Of a DNA stretch of 64,000 nt, positions 24,451 to 35,834 are shown in pieces. The position numbers were made by a program, and so were the translations under genes. Position 1 is the first letter of the stretch. Each line of letters opens with the position of its first letter. Origin of the DNA: Rhynchopus sp. YZ270_cl-10 (taxonomy: Eukaryota); the NCBI GenBank assembly GCA_964035575.1, contig OZ037835.1, positions 1,550,001-1,614,000 of the forward strand, read 5' to 3'. The notes under the pieces were generated by a model. The model ran no database searches, was not told the origin of the DNA, and was given only the letters and a program-made list of their open reading frames with translations.

Positions 24451-27400
24451 CACCGTGCGCTGGTCAGAGGATACCTGGTCAGTTGACCAGGTAATATGAC
24501 CAGGTTTTGACCTGGTCAGATTGACCAGGTACACCTGGTCATGACCAGGTATACCTGGTCAATGACCAGGTATTGACCAGGTATACCTGGTCATGACCAG
24601 GTATACCTGGTCAGTGACCAGGTATTTGGCCACTGTGACCAGGTTTTTTTTTTTTTTTGACAACACAAAAATGCCCTTGGTGGGTCCATATGACCTCAAA
24701 ACTGGGCTAAAAGTGCAAATAAAGGCACTTACGAGCAGTTTAGAGCATCTAGAATTTATTCCACGGCTATTAGTGTGCACCCTGTACATTTTGTATGGGC
24801 ATCACCTTAGCAAAAAATCGAAAAATCTCAAAAAAAAAAAAATTTTTTTCGGGAAAAATTTGGCCTCTGGGTTGGGTCTTGGGGCACCGAAAAATGCAAA
24901 AAAACGCAAAATTCGGGTGTTTTGACCATCTGGGGTTTCACCAAATACACGTATTTGAACAATCCTACACTAAACAGTGGTTAGACAAGGCGATTTTTGA
25001 CCAAAGAAAAAATAACTTTTTTGCCCAAAACTGGCCGTGGTAGGTCATAAAATGGCCCAAAAAATCCAAAGAAAACCTCAGATTGGGCAAATGTTGAAAA
25101 AAATTTTCAAGTCAAAATTTCAGCCAAAATACGGTCATACCCCGTGTACTGTAGTAGCTAATTTTTACGATTTGAGGCCATAAAAGCAAAATTTGGCACT
25201 TTTGAGCCTCTGTAGGGGTCTAAAATGTCTAAAATGTGGTTTTGCGTACTCGATTTTTTAGACGAATTTTTTTTTCTGTACTGGACACTGGGCACTGTAC
25301 CCAGAGAAGGCACCTTGACAGCAGCGAAGGCGCAGGTTACGATGAAGACAAGGTATGTAAATATGTTTAACTGTCAGGCACTAGTGTAGATTCATTCCTT
25401 TAGTGGTTGTCAAGTTGTTGTGTGGTGGTGTTTGTTTTCCCTGATCACCGATCTCACTCTTTTTTGGCTGGTGCTTGCAGACTACCCCTACTTTGTGTAA
25501 TCGGAATAAACTTACATATTGCTTGTCATGAGGCAGCCGTTTTTTAACTTCTGCAGGCGTGCTCGTTACCTGCTGCACATAATATTCACCTCGCTTCGCT
25601 CGGTAAATACTTATACATGGCCCCCTCGCTTCGCTTGGGAACCATTAGTGCAGCAGGAAATCCGCTGTGGCGTGAAAAAAAGGCTACCTTATTTCACGGC
25701 AATGCATAGTTATTACCACTTTCTTCATTAACCTCATCTTTAATGCTGGAAAATCGTTTAATTTGTCACACTCTAATTAACCGAGTTGAAATATCAGTCA
25801 TAAATGAATTTTGTCACCCCCTCACATTACGTTGGGCGATTTTTTGTGTCTACTTTTTAAAGTACAGCCTTGAGTGATACTGTATTAGGGACGGAAGAAT
25901 TGTAGGTGACAAATTAAACGATTTTACAGTACTGCGTTTATACACCATAACTTAATCACACCCCACATTTACACTCATCACAGGATCGTGAAATCTGAAC
26001 TGCATCCGTGATTGCGATGAGAAGTTTCGCCGCTCTTCGACATTCTATCAACAACTCAAAAATCCGAAAGGCTTCACCCACATCAATCTATTCTGGGTTT
26101 GTGGACGAAGACCTGGGGGGTGGGAATATTTTGTCAGTCACTGCTATTGCCATTTAACCCAGGGAGCATAGCTAGTGCAAGAAATTCGACTTTGGAAACC
26201 TTCCGGAAAGTCTGTCCTCTGCTTGCGGAGGACTAGACACAAGAAAATATTGCGTTCCCCCAGAAAACCAGTGCACATTTCACACTCCTTATGGGTGGTC
26301 TTGTTGCCTTTTTTGTCAACAGTAATTTTGGCCCAGGCATGCTCTTGAAGCATGACAATTTAGTGTGTATGGGGCAGGGTGTTGTTTTGTTCTGAATTCT
26401 CTTTGTTATAACATCTAAGTCAATCGCGGGTGGTGGTTTGTGTAGCGTGAGGCACTCTTTTTAGCAAACTTCCTGCGGCTGCTAAAGTGTTATTTCTTCG
26501 GATTTAACAACGTACAGCGTAACATAGTGGTTTAGCCTGGTCGACACAACCTTTGATAGATATGGGATAACCAACCCCCTTCGACCCCTTGTGGGTTCAC
26601 TGAACAAGCCCTCGTGGTAGTTAAACGCGATTGACATTTACATTCCTAGAGATGAAAGAACAAGACAACACTTCTGTACCCGCGCATCAAAATTGTGGAA
26701 AACTTTGCACCCCAAACACCCTCAACAACGCCCGCCAAAAGGCGCCCCTTGTTGCTGGGAGTTGGTTCTCATGATACCTGCACAGCGGGCATTCCTCTGA
26801 GTCCAACGCATGTTTGGCCTGTCTGCGGCGTTGTACTTCAGGTGCACGAAGACAGGGTCTGGTGGTAAATTTTGCGTAGTACTGCGACGTGGTACTGCGT
26901 GGGTCTGGGAACCTGGGTACCTGGGTACAGGAAATTTGTTGTGGAAGACATCAACCACCATGCATTGAGGAGGGTAAGACAGTGTTCGCAGTTTCTACCT
27001 GATAGCATTACAACATTTAACTTCTCCACGGGGGTCTTGGGCCGTTCACTCGGTTCTACCTTGACTACCGGAAGATATTCTTGAGGCCTTTTTGGTCTCT
27101 AGAATATCCGGTCTTCCCGAACGGAGGCACACTTTGTGTGTTACTACGACCTGGCAATTTCCAGCAGTAGGTTAAGTAATCTTTCTTGTAAATTGTTGGA
27201 TCATTATCTCCTCAGTGCATGAATGCCCCACGTGACTGGACACTTTTGTGTTTGTCATGTGGAGCTGTGGTTGCTCTTTCACGACTTTTTTCTTGTTCCT
27301 GGGTACCTGTTCCTGGACCTGGACCTGGGTACCTGGGTACCTGGGTACCTGGTCATAAATCTGACCACCTGGGCGCCTGGGTACTTACCTGGGTAAATGT

Positions 27401-27552
27401 GACCAGGTACCTGGTCATCTGACCAGGTACACCTGGTCATGACCAGGTATACCTGGTCATGACCAGGTGTACCTGGTCAGATCTGACCAGGTGTACCTGG
27501 TCATAAATCTGACCAGGTATTACCTGGTCAGACCTCTGACCAGCGCACGGTG
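24451..27552. mobile_element. Non-autonomous CAC-ended element F (TIR CACCGTGCGCTGGTCAGAGG), subterminal TGACCAGG repeats
   Basis: 20-bp perfect inverted ends; TA at 24449-24450 and 27553-27554. Confidence 0.75.
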
Positions 27553-27922
27553 TAAGTAAGAGAAAACCGAATGGAGTGGGAACGTTAGTGAGAGCGCAGC
27601 GGAAACGATAGTGGGAACGCAACGAGCTTTTTTCATAATATTTTATTCTTCCCCACAAAATATCACGCGCAGAGAAACACTCGTTTTTCACACAGCGCGT
27701 CCGTTTGTTTGTTTTTCTCAAACGACACCTTTTTTCAAAAAATTTGTGGAATTCTTCAGTCAGAAAAACACGAAACCCCCCTGTTTTTGGTCCATAAAGT
27801 GAAGATACACCCCTAAAAAATCAAGAGTGCTCAAAATTTTCACCGCGGGAAATAAAGCTACCTTATCAACTCCAAATTGGACCATAATTTGTTGACGATA
27901 AGCGGAATCCCTGCTCCCTCCA

Positions 27923-28075
27923 CACGGTGGACTCTTTCTGGAAAAGGGCAACTCAGAAAGAGGTCCAACAAGAGAGAGTGCTAACTCCCCTTTCACTCCC
28001 GACAGTGGTAGTTGATACTCCCCCTTTTTGGAACTACGGAATAAAGTTGACCTTTTCCAGAAAGAGTCCACCGTG
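27923..28075. mobile_element. 153-bp MITE, ~31-bp TIR CACGGTGGACTCTTTCTGGAAAAGG, CA on both flanks; paralogous copy at 32939-33091
   Basis: Inverted ends seen directly; 2-bp direct repeat CA at 27921-27922 and 28076-28077. Confidence 0.75.
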
Positions 28076-28454
28076 CATGAAGCACGGTTGTTTTAATGGG
28101 GCAGGGGGGGTCAATTTGTCCCCCAGAATCTGGGGTTTTTACAGGCGGAAGGAAGTCGTAGCCTGCCTGTTGTGGTGAAGCAGGGTTCGTTCCCCGTGTG
28201 GGAAACACGGTCTGCTCAGCACTCAGAAGCTACCTCCATAAAGGCCGTTAGCCCGGTCTTGTTCGGTCTTGAAAGCCGTGTGCACGCAAAATAGCGTGCC
28301 GACACTCCACTGTGGGGTGTTCGTGTGTAGAGAAATGATGTCTTCCAGCGGTGTGCAGCTCGAGGAGTTCTTGCGCTGCTCCGCTGTTGCATGTGTGTTC
28401 TTCGTCCTCTCTCGTTGCAACCTCCTCACAGAAGCAGCAACACACAAACACACA

Positions 28455-30131
28455 ATGTCGAAGAAGCGGCACGCAGACAGCACGCAGGACGAGAACCCAC
28501 CAAAGAGAAGACAGCTTTCTGCAGACCAGGTCTTGGTGGAGGCTGTCAGTACTGTCAATACGACTGCTGTGCGGGCGGTCCTTAAGAAAAGTCCACACAG
28601 AAAAACAATGGCCTTCGATGTTGTGCGAGAGGCATGCAGAAGGAACGACGATGAAAGCCTCGTACTGCTTCTTCCGTATGTTGAGACAACGCAGATGGAC
28701 TTTGGGATCCTGCTGAGTGAGTGTGTCCACGCAGACCACGTTGCGTGCACGGAGGTCCTCTTGCAGCATTGGAAGTCTGTCTGCAAGAACACAGCGTTTG
28801 TCCCGCACGAGTCCAAGGGCAACGCAGGTCAGTATGGCTGTCCGGCCATGTGGTCAGACCCTGCAGTGTGTCGTGTCTTGATTGATGCAGGGGCAGACTT
28901 ACATACAAAAAACGAGAAGCAACATTTGCCTCTGCACTATGCTTGCAAAAAAGGAGCACTTGACGTTGTGAAGATGTTGGTGGTTGCAGCAGGTGCGGGA
29001 ACACAGAAGTTCAGAGTCAGAGATGACGAAGGGGAGACATGTCTTTCCATTGCGGCAAAATTTGAGAACACCAAGACTGTGCGCTATCTTGTGGGCTTGC
29101 CAGAGGTGGATGTGAATTACGCGGATAAGTACAACTACACTGCGTTGCAAGCAGCGGTGTGTGATGGGGCAACCGACTCGGTGCAGGTGCTGATTGATGC
29201 GGGTGCAGACATCAACATACTGAACTACGACGGACATTCGCTTCTGCACGATGCTTGTGAATTTGGATCACTCGAAATTGTGAAGATATTGGTCAGTGTG
29301 GGTGCGGGAGTGCGTGTCACAAATGGCGAAAGGCACACGTGTCTTCACGCTGCGGCAGAAGCTGGACACACCGAGATTGTGCGCTATCTTGTGAGCTTGC
29401 CAGATGTCGATGTGAATCAAGAAACTGTAGATAGCTACACTGCGTTGCACCGTGCGGTGATGCATGTAGAACGAGACGTGGTGCAGGTGCTGATTGATGC
29501 AGGTGCAGACATCGACATACAGAACAACGAGGGACGTTCGCCCCTGCTCTCTGCTTGCGTTGAAGGAACATTTGACACGGTGAAGATGTTGGTCAGAGCA
29601 GGTGCGGAAGTGCGTGCCACAGATGACGAAGGGGTCACGTGTCTTCACTATGCCGCACGTCGTCGAGACACCGAGACTGTGCGCTATCTTGTGGGCTTGC
29701 CAGAGGTTGATGTGAATTACGGAGATGCTCACAATCACACTGCGTTGCACCGTGCGGCACTGAATGCGGACACAGACGTGGTGCAGGTGCTGATTGATGC
29801 AGGTGCAGACATCGACACACAGAACAGCGAGGAGGGACGTTCGCCTCTGCACTCTGCTTGCGTTAGAGGAGCACTTGGCGTTGTGAAGATGTTGGTCAGA
29901 GCAGGTGCGGGAGTGCGTGCCACAAGCGAAAACGGGGACACGTGTCTTATCCTTGCAGCATATTTTGGACACACCGAAACTGTGCGCTATCTTGTGGGCT
30001 TCCCAGAGGTGGAACTGAACTACCGAGACACTGAAAACAACTACACTGCGTTGCAGTATGCGATGGAGGGAAAGCACACAGACGTTGCACAGGTGTTGAT
30101 GGACGCACTGTATGTTGCTATTGGAGTTTGA
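28455..30131 (+). CDS. Ankyrin-repeat protein, array copy 1 (558 aa)
   Basis: Repeated SPLH.AC..G..DVVKMLV.AGA / TCL..AA..GHTETVRYLV / TALH.AV motifs; shared N-terminus MSKKRH..PPKRR (NLS-like). Confidence 0.9.
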   Translation: MSKKRHADSTQDENPPKRRQLSADQVLVEAVSTVNTTAVRAVLKKSPHRKTMAFDVVREACRRNDDESLVLLLPYVETTQMDFGILLSECVHADHVACTEVLLQHWKSVCKNTAFVPHESKGNAGQYGCPAMWSDPAVCRVLIDAGADLHTKNEKQHLPLHYACKKGALDVVKMLVVAAGAGTQKFRVRDDEGETCLSIAAKFENTKTVRYLVGLPEVDVNYADKYNYTALQAAVCDGATDSVQVLIDAGADINILNYDGHSLLHDACEFGSLEIVKILVSVGAGVRVTNGERHTCLHAAAEAGHTEIVRYLVSLPDVDVNQETVDSYTALHRAVMHVERDVVQVLIDAGADIDIQNNEGRSPLLSACVEGTFDTVKMLVRAGAEVRATDDEGVTCLHYAARRRDTETVRYLVGLPEVDVNYGDAHNHTALHRAALNADTDVVQVLIDAGADIDTQNSEEGRSPLHSACVRGALGVVKMLVRAGAGVRATSENGDTCLILAAYFGHTETVRYLVGFPEVELNYRDTENNYTALQYAMEGKHTDVAQVLMDALYVAIGV

Positions 30132-30679
30132 GACATGCTCACGTACCTCGTGACTTCGACTCTCAGATGCGTCTGTTAGCTGCGCTGGAGGTGGTGTTTC
30201 AGTTGCATGGTAGTCAAAACAGGTTTTATTCTCCACACCGTCACACCTTCAGGAAAAATATCATTTTCTTTATTTTCTTCCAGACACACTGGGTTTTTTG
30301 TTTCTTCGCTAATTATTTTTATCAATAATGTTTTCCCCCCACCTTCGCCAGAAACGTTTTGATGTCATGACTGTAACTTCTTGTACTGAGGAAAGGGTTT
30401 CGCTTACTAGAGAGAGCCCAGTGCAGGAAGGGCTTGACCGTGGAAAAAGCAGGAGAAAAAGGGTTTGTTTGCTTCTTGATGTACGTTACCATCCCACGTC
30501 ATCACGTTTTTGATTGGGGCGAAATGAACGGACCTTTTCGTGCGGAGCGCGAATGACTTTTGTTGTCACCGTTTTGGACATACCTTTATATCTTCACAGT
30601 TTTGGGGGAAAAGGGTTCTCTCATGACCGTCCTCTCTCGTTGCAACCTCCTCACAGAAGCAGCAACACACAAACACACA

Positions 30680-32362
30680 ATGTCGAAGAAGCGGCACGCA
30701 GACAGCACGCAGGACGAGAACCCACCAAAGAGAAGACAGCTTTCTGCAGACCAGGTCTTGGTGGAGGCTGTCAGTACTGTCAATACGACTGCTGTGCGTG
30801 CGGTCCTTAAGAAAAGGCCATACGGAAAAACAATGGCCTTCGATGTTGTGCGAGAGGCATGCAGAAGGAACGACGATGAAAGCCTCGTACTGCTGCTTCC
30901 GTATGTTGAGACAACGCAGATGGACTTTGGGATCCTGCTGAGTGAGTGTGTCCACGCAGACCACGTTGCGTGCACGGAGGTCCTCTTGCAGCATTGGAAG
31001 TCAGTCTGCAAGAACACAGCCTTTGTCCCGCACGGCGCAGGTGAGCACTCGTTTTCTATAGATTTTGATTGTCCGGCCATGTGGTCAGACCCTGCAGTGT
31101 GTCGTGTCTTGATTGATGCAGGGGCAGACTTACATACAAAGAACGAGAAGCAACATTTGCCTCTGCACTATGCTTGCAGTGAAGGAGCACTTGGCGTTGT
31201 GAAGATGTTGGTTGCAGCAGGTGCGGGAACACAGAATTTCAAAGTCGCAGATGACGAAGGGGAGACATGTCTTTCCATTGCGGCAAAATTTGAGAACACC
31301 AAGACTGTGCGCTATCTTGTGGGCTTGCCAGAGGTGGATGTGAATTACGCGGATAAGTACAACTACACTGCATTGCAAGCAGCGGTGCGTGAGAAGGCAA
31401 CAGACGTGGTGCAGGTGCTGATTGATGCCGGTGCAGACATCAACATACTGAACAACTACGGACATTCGCTTCTGCACGATGCTTGTGAATTTGGATCACT
31501 CGAAATTGTGAAGATGTTGGTCAGTGTGGGTGCGGGAGTGCGTGTCACAAATGGCGAAAGGCACACGTGTCTTCACGCTGCGGCAGAAGCTGGACACACC
31601 GAGATTGTGCGCTATCTTGTGAGCTTGCCAGATGTCGATGTGAATCAAGAAACTGTAGATAGCTACACTGCGTTGCACCGTGCGGTGATACATGTAGAAC
31701 GAGACGTGGTGCAGGTGCTGATTGATGCAGGTGCAGACATCGACACACAGAACAACGAGGGACGTTCGCCCCTGCTCTCTGCTTGCGTTGAAGGAACATT
31801 TGACACGGTGAAGATGTTGGTCAGAGCAGGTGCGGAAGTGCGTGCCACAGATGACGAAGGGGTCACGTGTCTTCACTATGCCGCATGTCGTCGTGGACAC
31901 ACCGAGACTGTGCGCTATCTTGTGGGCTTGCCAGAGGTTGATGTGAATCACAGAGATGCTCACAATCACACTGCGTTGCACCGTGCGGCGCTGAATGCGA
32001 ACACATACGCAGTGCAGGTGCTGATTGATGCAGGTGCAGACATCAACACACAGAACAGCGAGGAGGGACGTTCGCCTCTGCACTCTGCTTGCGCTTCAGG
32101 AGCACTTGGCGTTGTGAAGATGTTGGTCAGAGCAGGTGCGGGAGTGCGTGCCACAAGCGACGACGGGGACACGTGTCTTATACTTGCAGCAGTTTTTGGA
32201 CACACCGAGATTGTCGCTTATCTTGTGGGCTTGCCTGAGGTGGAACTGAATCACCGAGACACTGAAAACAACTACACTGCGTTACAGTATGCGGTGCAGG
32301 AAAAGCACACAGGAGTTGCACAGGTGTTGATGGATGCACTGTATGTTGTGTTTGGAGTTTGA
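30680..32362 (+). CDS. Ankyrin-repeat protein, array copy 2 (560 aa)
   Basis: Paralog of 28455-30131, open frame. Confidence 0.9.
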   Translation: MSKKRHADSTQDENPPKRRQLSADQVLVEAVSTVNTTAVRAVLKKRPYGKTMAFDVVREACRRNDDESLVLLLPYVETTQMDFGILLSECVHADHVACTEVLLQHWKSVCKNTAFVPHGAGEHSFSIDFDCPAMWSDPAVCRVLIDAGADLHTKNEKQHLPLHYACSEGALGVVKMLVAAGAGTQNFKVADDEGETCLSIAAKFENTKTVRYLVGLPEVDVNYADKYNYTALQAAVREKATDVVQVLIDAGADINILNNYGHSLLHDACEFGSLEIVKMLVSVGAGVRVTNGERHTCLHAAAEAGHTEIVRYLVSLPDVDVNQETVDSYTALHRAVIHVERDVVQVLIDAGADIDTQNNEGRSPLLSACVEGTFDTVKMLVRAGAEVRATDDEGVTCLHYAACRRGHTETVRYLVGLPEVDVNHRDAHNHTALHRAALNANTYAVQVLIDAGADINTQNSEEGRSPLHSACASGALGVVKMLVRAGAGVRATSDDGDTCLILAAVFGHTEIVAYLVGLPEVELNHRDTENNYTALQYAVQEKHTGVAQVLMDALYVVFGV

Positions 32363-33391
32363 GACATGCTCACGTACCTCGTGACTTCGACTCTGAGCAG
32401 CGTGTGTTAGCTGCGCTGGAGGTGGTGGTGTTTAGTGCATGGTAGTTTTCAAAACAGATTTTATTCTCCACACCGTCACACCTTCAGGAAAAATATCATT
32501 TTCTTCATTTTCTTCCAGACACACTGGGTTTTTTGTTTCTTCGCTAATTATTTTTATCAAAGTTGACTTTTTTTTTGGGGCGTGCCACACCAGAGTCGCT
32601 AGTTATTTTTATCAAGAATGTTTTCCCCCCACCTTCGCCAGAAACGTTTTGATGTCATGACTGTTACTTCTTGTACTGAGGAAAGAGTTTCGCTTACTAG
32701 AGAGAGCCCAGTGCAGGAAGGGCTTGACCGTGGAAAAAGCAGGAGAGAAAGGGTTTGTTTGGTTCTTGATGTACGTTACCATCCCAGGTCATCACGTTTT
32801 TGATTGGGGCGAAATGAACGGACCTTTTCGTGCGGAGCGCGAATGACCTTTGTTGTCACCGTTTTGGACATACCTTTATATCTTCACAGTTTTGGGGGAA
32901 AAGGGTTCTCTCATGACACGGAATCCCTGCTCCCCCCACCAGGTGGACTCTTTCTGGAAAAGGGCAACTCAGAAAGAGGTACAACGGGAGAGAGTGCTAA
33001 CTCCCCTTTCACTCCCGACAGTGGTAGTTGATACTCCCCCTTTTTGTAACTCCGGAATAAAGTTGACCTTTTCCAGAAAGAGTCCACCGTGCATGAAGCT
33101 CGGTTGTTTCTGTGAGGTAGGGTTCGTTCCCCGTGTGGGAAACACGGTCTGCTCAGCACTCAGAAGCTACCTACCATAAAGGCCGTTAGCCCGGTCTTGT
33201 TCGGTCTTGAAAGCCGTGTGCCGCAAAATAGCGTGCCGACACTCCACTGTGGGGTGTTCGTGTGTAGAGAAATGATGTCTTCCAGCAGTGTGCAGCTCGA
33301 GGAGTTGTTGCGCTGCTCCGCTGTTGCTTGTGTGTTCTTCGTCCTCTCTCGTTGCAACCTCCTCACAGAAGCAGCAATACACAAACACACA

Positions 33392-34648
33392 ATGTCGAAG
33401 AAGCGGCACGCAGAGAGCACGCAGGACGAGAACCCACGAAAGAGAAGACAACTTACTGCAGACCAGATCTTGGTGGAGGCTGTCAGGAACGGCGACATGA
33501 CTGCCGTGCGGGTGGTCCTTAAGAAGTTCAACCCAGACGGAAAAACAATGGTCTTCGATGCTGCGCACGAGGCATGCAGAAGGAACGATGATGAAAGCCT
33601 TGTACTGCTTCTTCCGTATGTTGAGACAACGCAGATGGACTTTGGGATCCTGCTGAGTGAGTGTGTCCACGCAGACCACGTTGCGTGCACGGAGGTCCTC
33701 TTGCAGCATTGGAAGTCAGTCTGCAAGAACACAGCGTTTGTCCCGCACGAGTCCAAGGGCAACGCAGGTCAGTATGGCTGTCCGGCCATGTGGTCAGACC
33801 CTGCAGTGTGTCGTGTCTTGATTGATGCAGGGGCAGACTTACATACAAAAAACGAGGATCAACGTTTGCCTCTGCAGTATGCTTGCGCTTCAGGAGCACT
33901 TGACGTTGTGAAGATGTTGTTGCCAGAGGTCGATGTCAATTACAAGCTCGACGACTTTTCTGCGTTGCACTTAGCGGTGTGTTATGAGGCAATAGACGTG
34001 GTGCAGTTGCTGATTGATGCAGGTGCAGACTTCGACACACAGCACAACGAGGGATATTCGCCCCTGCTCACTGCTTGCGGTTTAGGAGCACTTGACATTG
34101 TGAAGATATTGGTCAGAGCAGGTGCGGGAGTGCGTGTCACAAATGACCGAGGGGAAACGTGTCTTCAGCTTGCGGTACGTCGTGGACACACCGAGACTGT
34201 ACGCTATCTTGTGTGCTTGCCAGAGGTTGATGTGAATTACGGAGATGCTGACAACCACACTGCGTTGCACTTTGCGGTGGAGGGAACGCACACAGACGTG
34301 GTGCAGGTGCTGATTGATGCAGGTGCAGACATCGACACAAAGAACAACTACAGATGTTCGCCTCTGCACTCTGCTTGCATCTCAGGAACACTTGACGTTG
34401 TGAAGATGTTGGTCAGAGCAGGTGCGGGAGTGCGTGCCACAGATGACGAAGGGGACACGTGTCTTATCCTTGCAGCATTTTTTGGACACACCGAGACTGT
34501 GCGCTATCTTGTGGGCTTGCCAGAGGTGGAACTGAATCACCGTGACACTGAAAAGAACTACACTGCGTTGCAGTATGCGGTGCAGGAAAATCACAATGAC
34601 GTTGCACAGGTGTTGATGGATGCATTGTATGTTGCTATTGGAGTTTGA
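33392..34648 (+). CDS. Ankyrin-repeat protein, array copy 3 (418 aa, fewer repeats)
   Basis: Paralog with in-frame loss of repeats. Confidence 0.88.
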   Translation: MSKKRHAESTQDENPRKRRQLTADQILVEAVRNGDMTAVRVVLKKFNPDGKTMVFDAAHEACRRNDDESLVLLLPYVETTQMDFGILLSECVHADHVACTEVLLQHWKSVCKNTAFVPHESKGNAGQYGCPAMWSDPAVCRVLIDAGADLHTKNEDQRLPLQYACASGALDVVKMLLPEVDVNYKLDDFSALHLAVCYEAIDVVQLLIDAGADFDTQHNEGYSPLLTACGLGALDIVKILVRAGAGVRVTNDRGETCLQLAVRRGHTETVRYLVCLPEVDVNYGDADNHTALHFAVEGTHTDVVQVLIDAGADIDTKNNYRCSPLHSACISGTLDVVKMLVRAGAGVRATDDEGDTCLILAAFFGHTETVRYLVGLPEVELNHRDTEKNYTALQYAVQENHNDVAQVLMDALYVAIGV

Positions 34649-34810
34649 GACATGCTCACGTACCTCGTGACTTGGACTCTCAGATGCGTGTGTTAGCTGC
34701 ACTAGGTGGTGGTGTTTCAGTTGCATGGTAGTTTTATCAAAACAGATTTTATTCTCCACACCGTAGCACATTCAGGAAAAGTATCATTTCTCTATTTATT
34801 TTGTACGAGT

Positions 34811-35394
34811 ATGCAATACGTCTGGAAATGAAAGACGCGTTCTTCGGTTGCCATGAGTCTTACCGTTTCCCCCCTTTGTGCTCCACCTCTCCCCCGTACT
34901 TCAGGACGCGGGTTTTCGGGAAAGGATGGATGCGATCAACAATATTGGCCCACGTATTAGTGTATGAAGGGTGTTTGCACTTCGGGGCAGGAAACAGCGA
35001 CCAATTAGTCAGACCAAGCAGAAGGTGGCCTCTGGCCGTGCCACCTTTCCTTGACGAGTGGTTTGTGTACCGCCCCCTTTCATCCAGAGGGATGGCATCG
35101 TACAGTGGGTCAGTTGAAGGTGCCCTACGTCAAGAACAATTCCTTTGTTGCTATCATTGTTATGATAGTGTTGTGTTCTTTTGTGTGTTTTGGGGCTTTC
35201 TTTTTGTGTGTCATTTGGGTTTGTCAGAGCACGCTCTGGTAGGGTGATTTGTTATACAACAAACTAACCCCTCCGTTCATGATTTGTTTTGTTGATCGCA
35301 TCAGTCTTCATTGTGGAGAAGGTGGAGCAAAAAAAGGGAAAGCAGTAAGACTCATGAGATCCGAACGTGGATTTCGTTTTCAGATGTATTGCAT
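34811..35394. mobile_element. Old TIR element with diverged ~80-bp inverted ends in the ankyrin spacer
   Basis: atgcaatacgtctg...tgctccacctctcc vs ggagaaggtggagca...cagatgtattgcat. Confidence 0.5.
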
Positions 35395-35834
35395 TGCCAC
35401 GATCAAGAAGCGATCTTGGTCGAACCCCCACTGAGGTCTTGTTCGGTTTTGAAAGCCGTGTTCCGCAAAATAGATGTATTTTGAACAAGATAAAACAAAA
35501 GTCTTGCGTTTCTTTTATCGAACAGATTTTATTCTCACCCCATTCCCAAAACGTAAACACCACTTTCATTTTCATCACAAAAAAAAGATTTCTTTCTTCT
35601 TTCTTCTTCTACACACACTGGTTTTTGTGTTTCTCATTTTTATCAAAAAAGCTTTCAAGTTTCGAGTGCGAAACATTTCCCGATGTATTGCACGGGAAAC
35701 AATATTACAAACAGATGCAGGGTGGTTCCGTGCTTATCACAGAACCTGGCACGCGCTGCTCCGCTGTTGCATGTGTGTTCTTCGTCCTCTCTCGTTGCAA
35801 CCTCCTCACAGAAGCAGCAACACACAAACACACA

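Noticed and set aside
35367..35834. Extended N-termini predicted for ankyrin, SARAF and Ubl-LRR ORFs from upstream non-ATG or distant starts
   Set aside because: Paralogs converge on the MSKKRH and MEVVIK ATGs, and the SARAF signal peptide starts at 38627.
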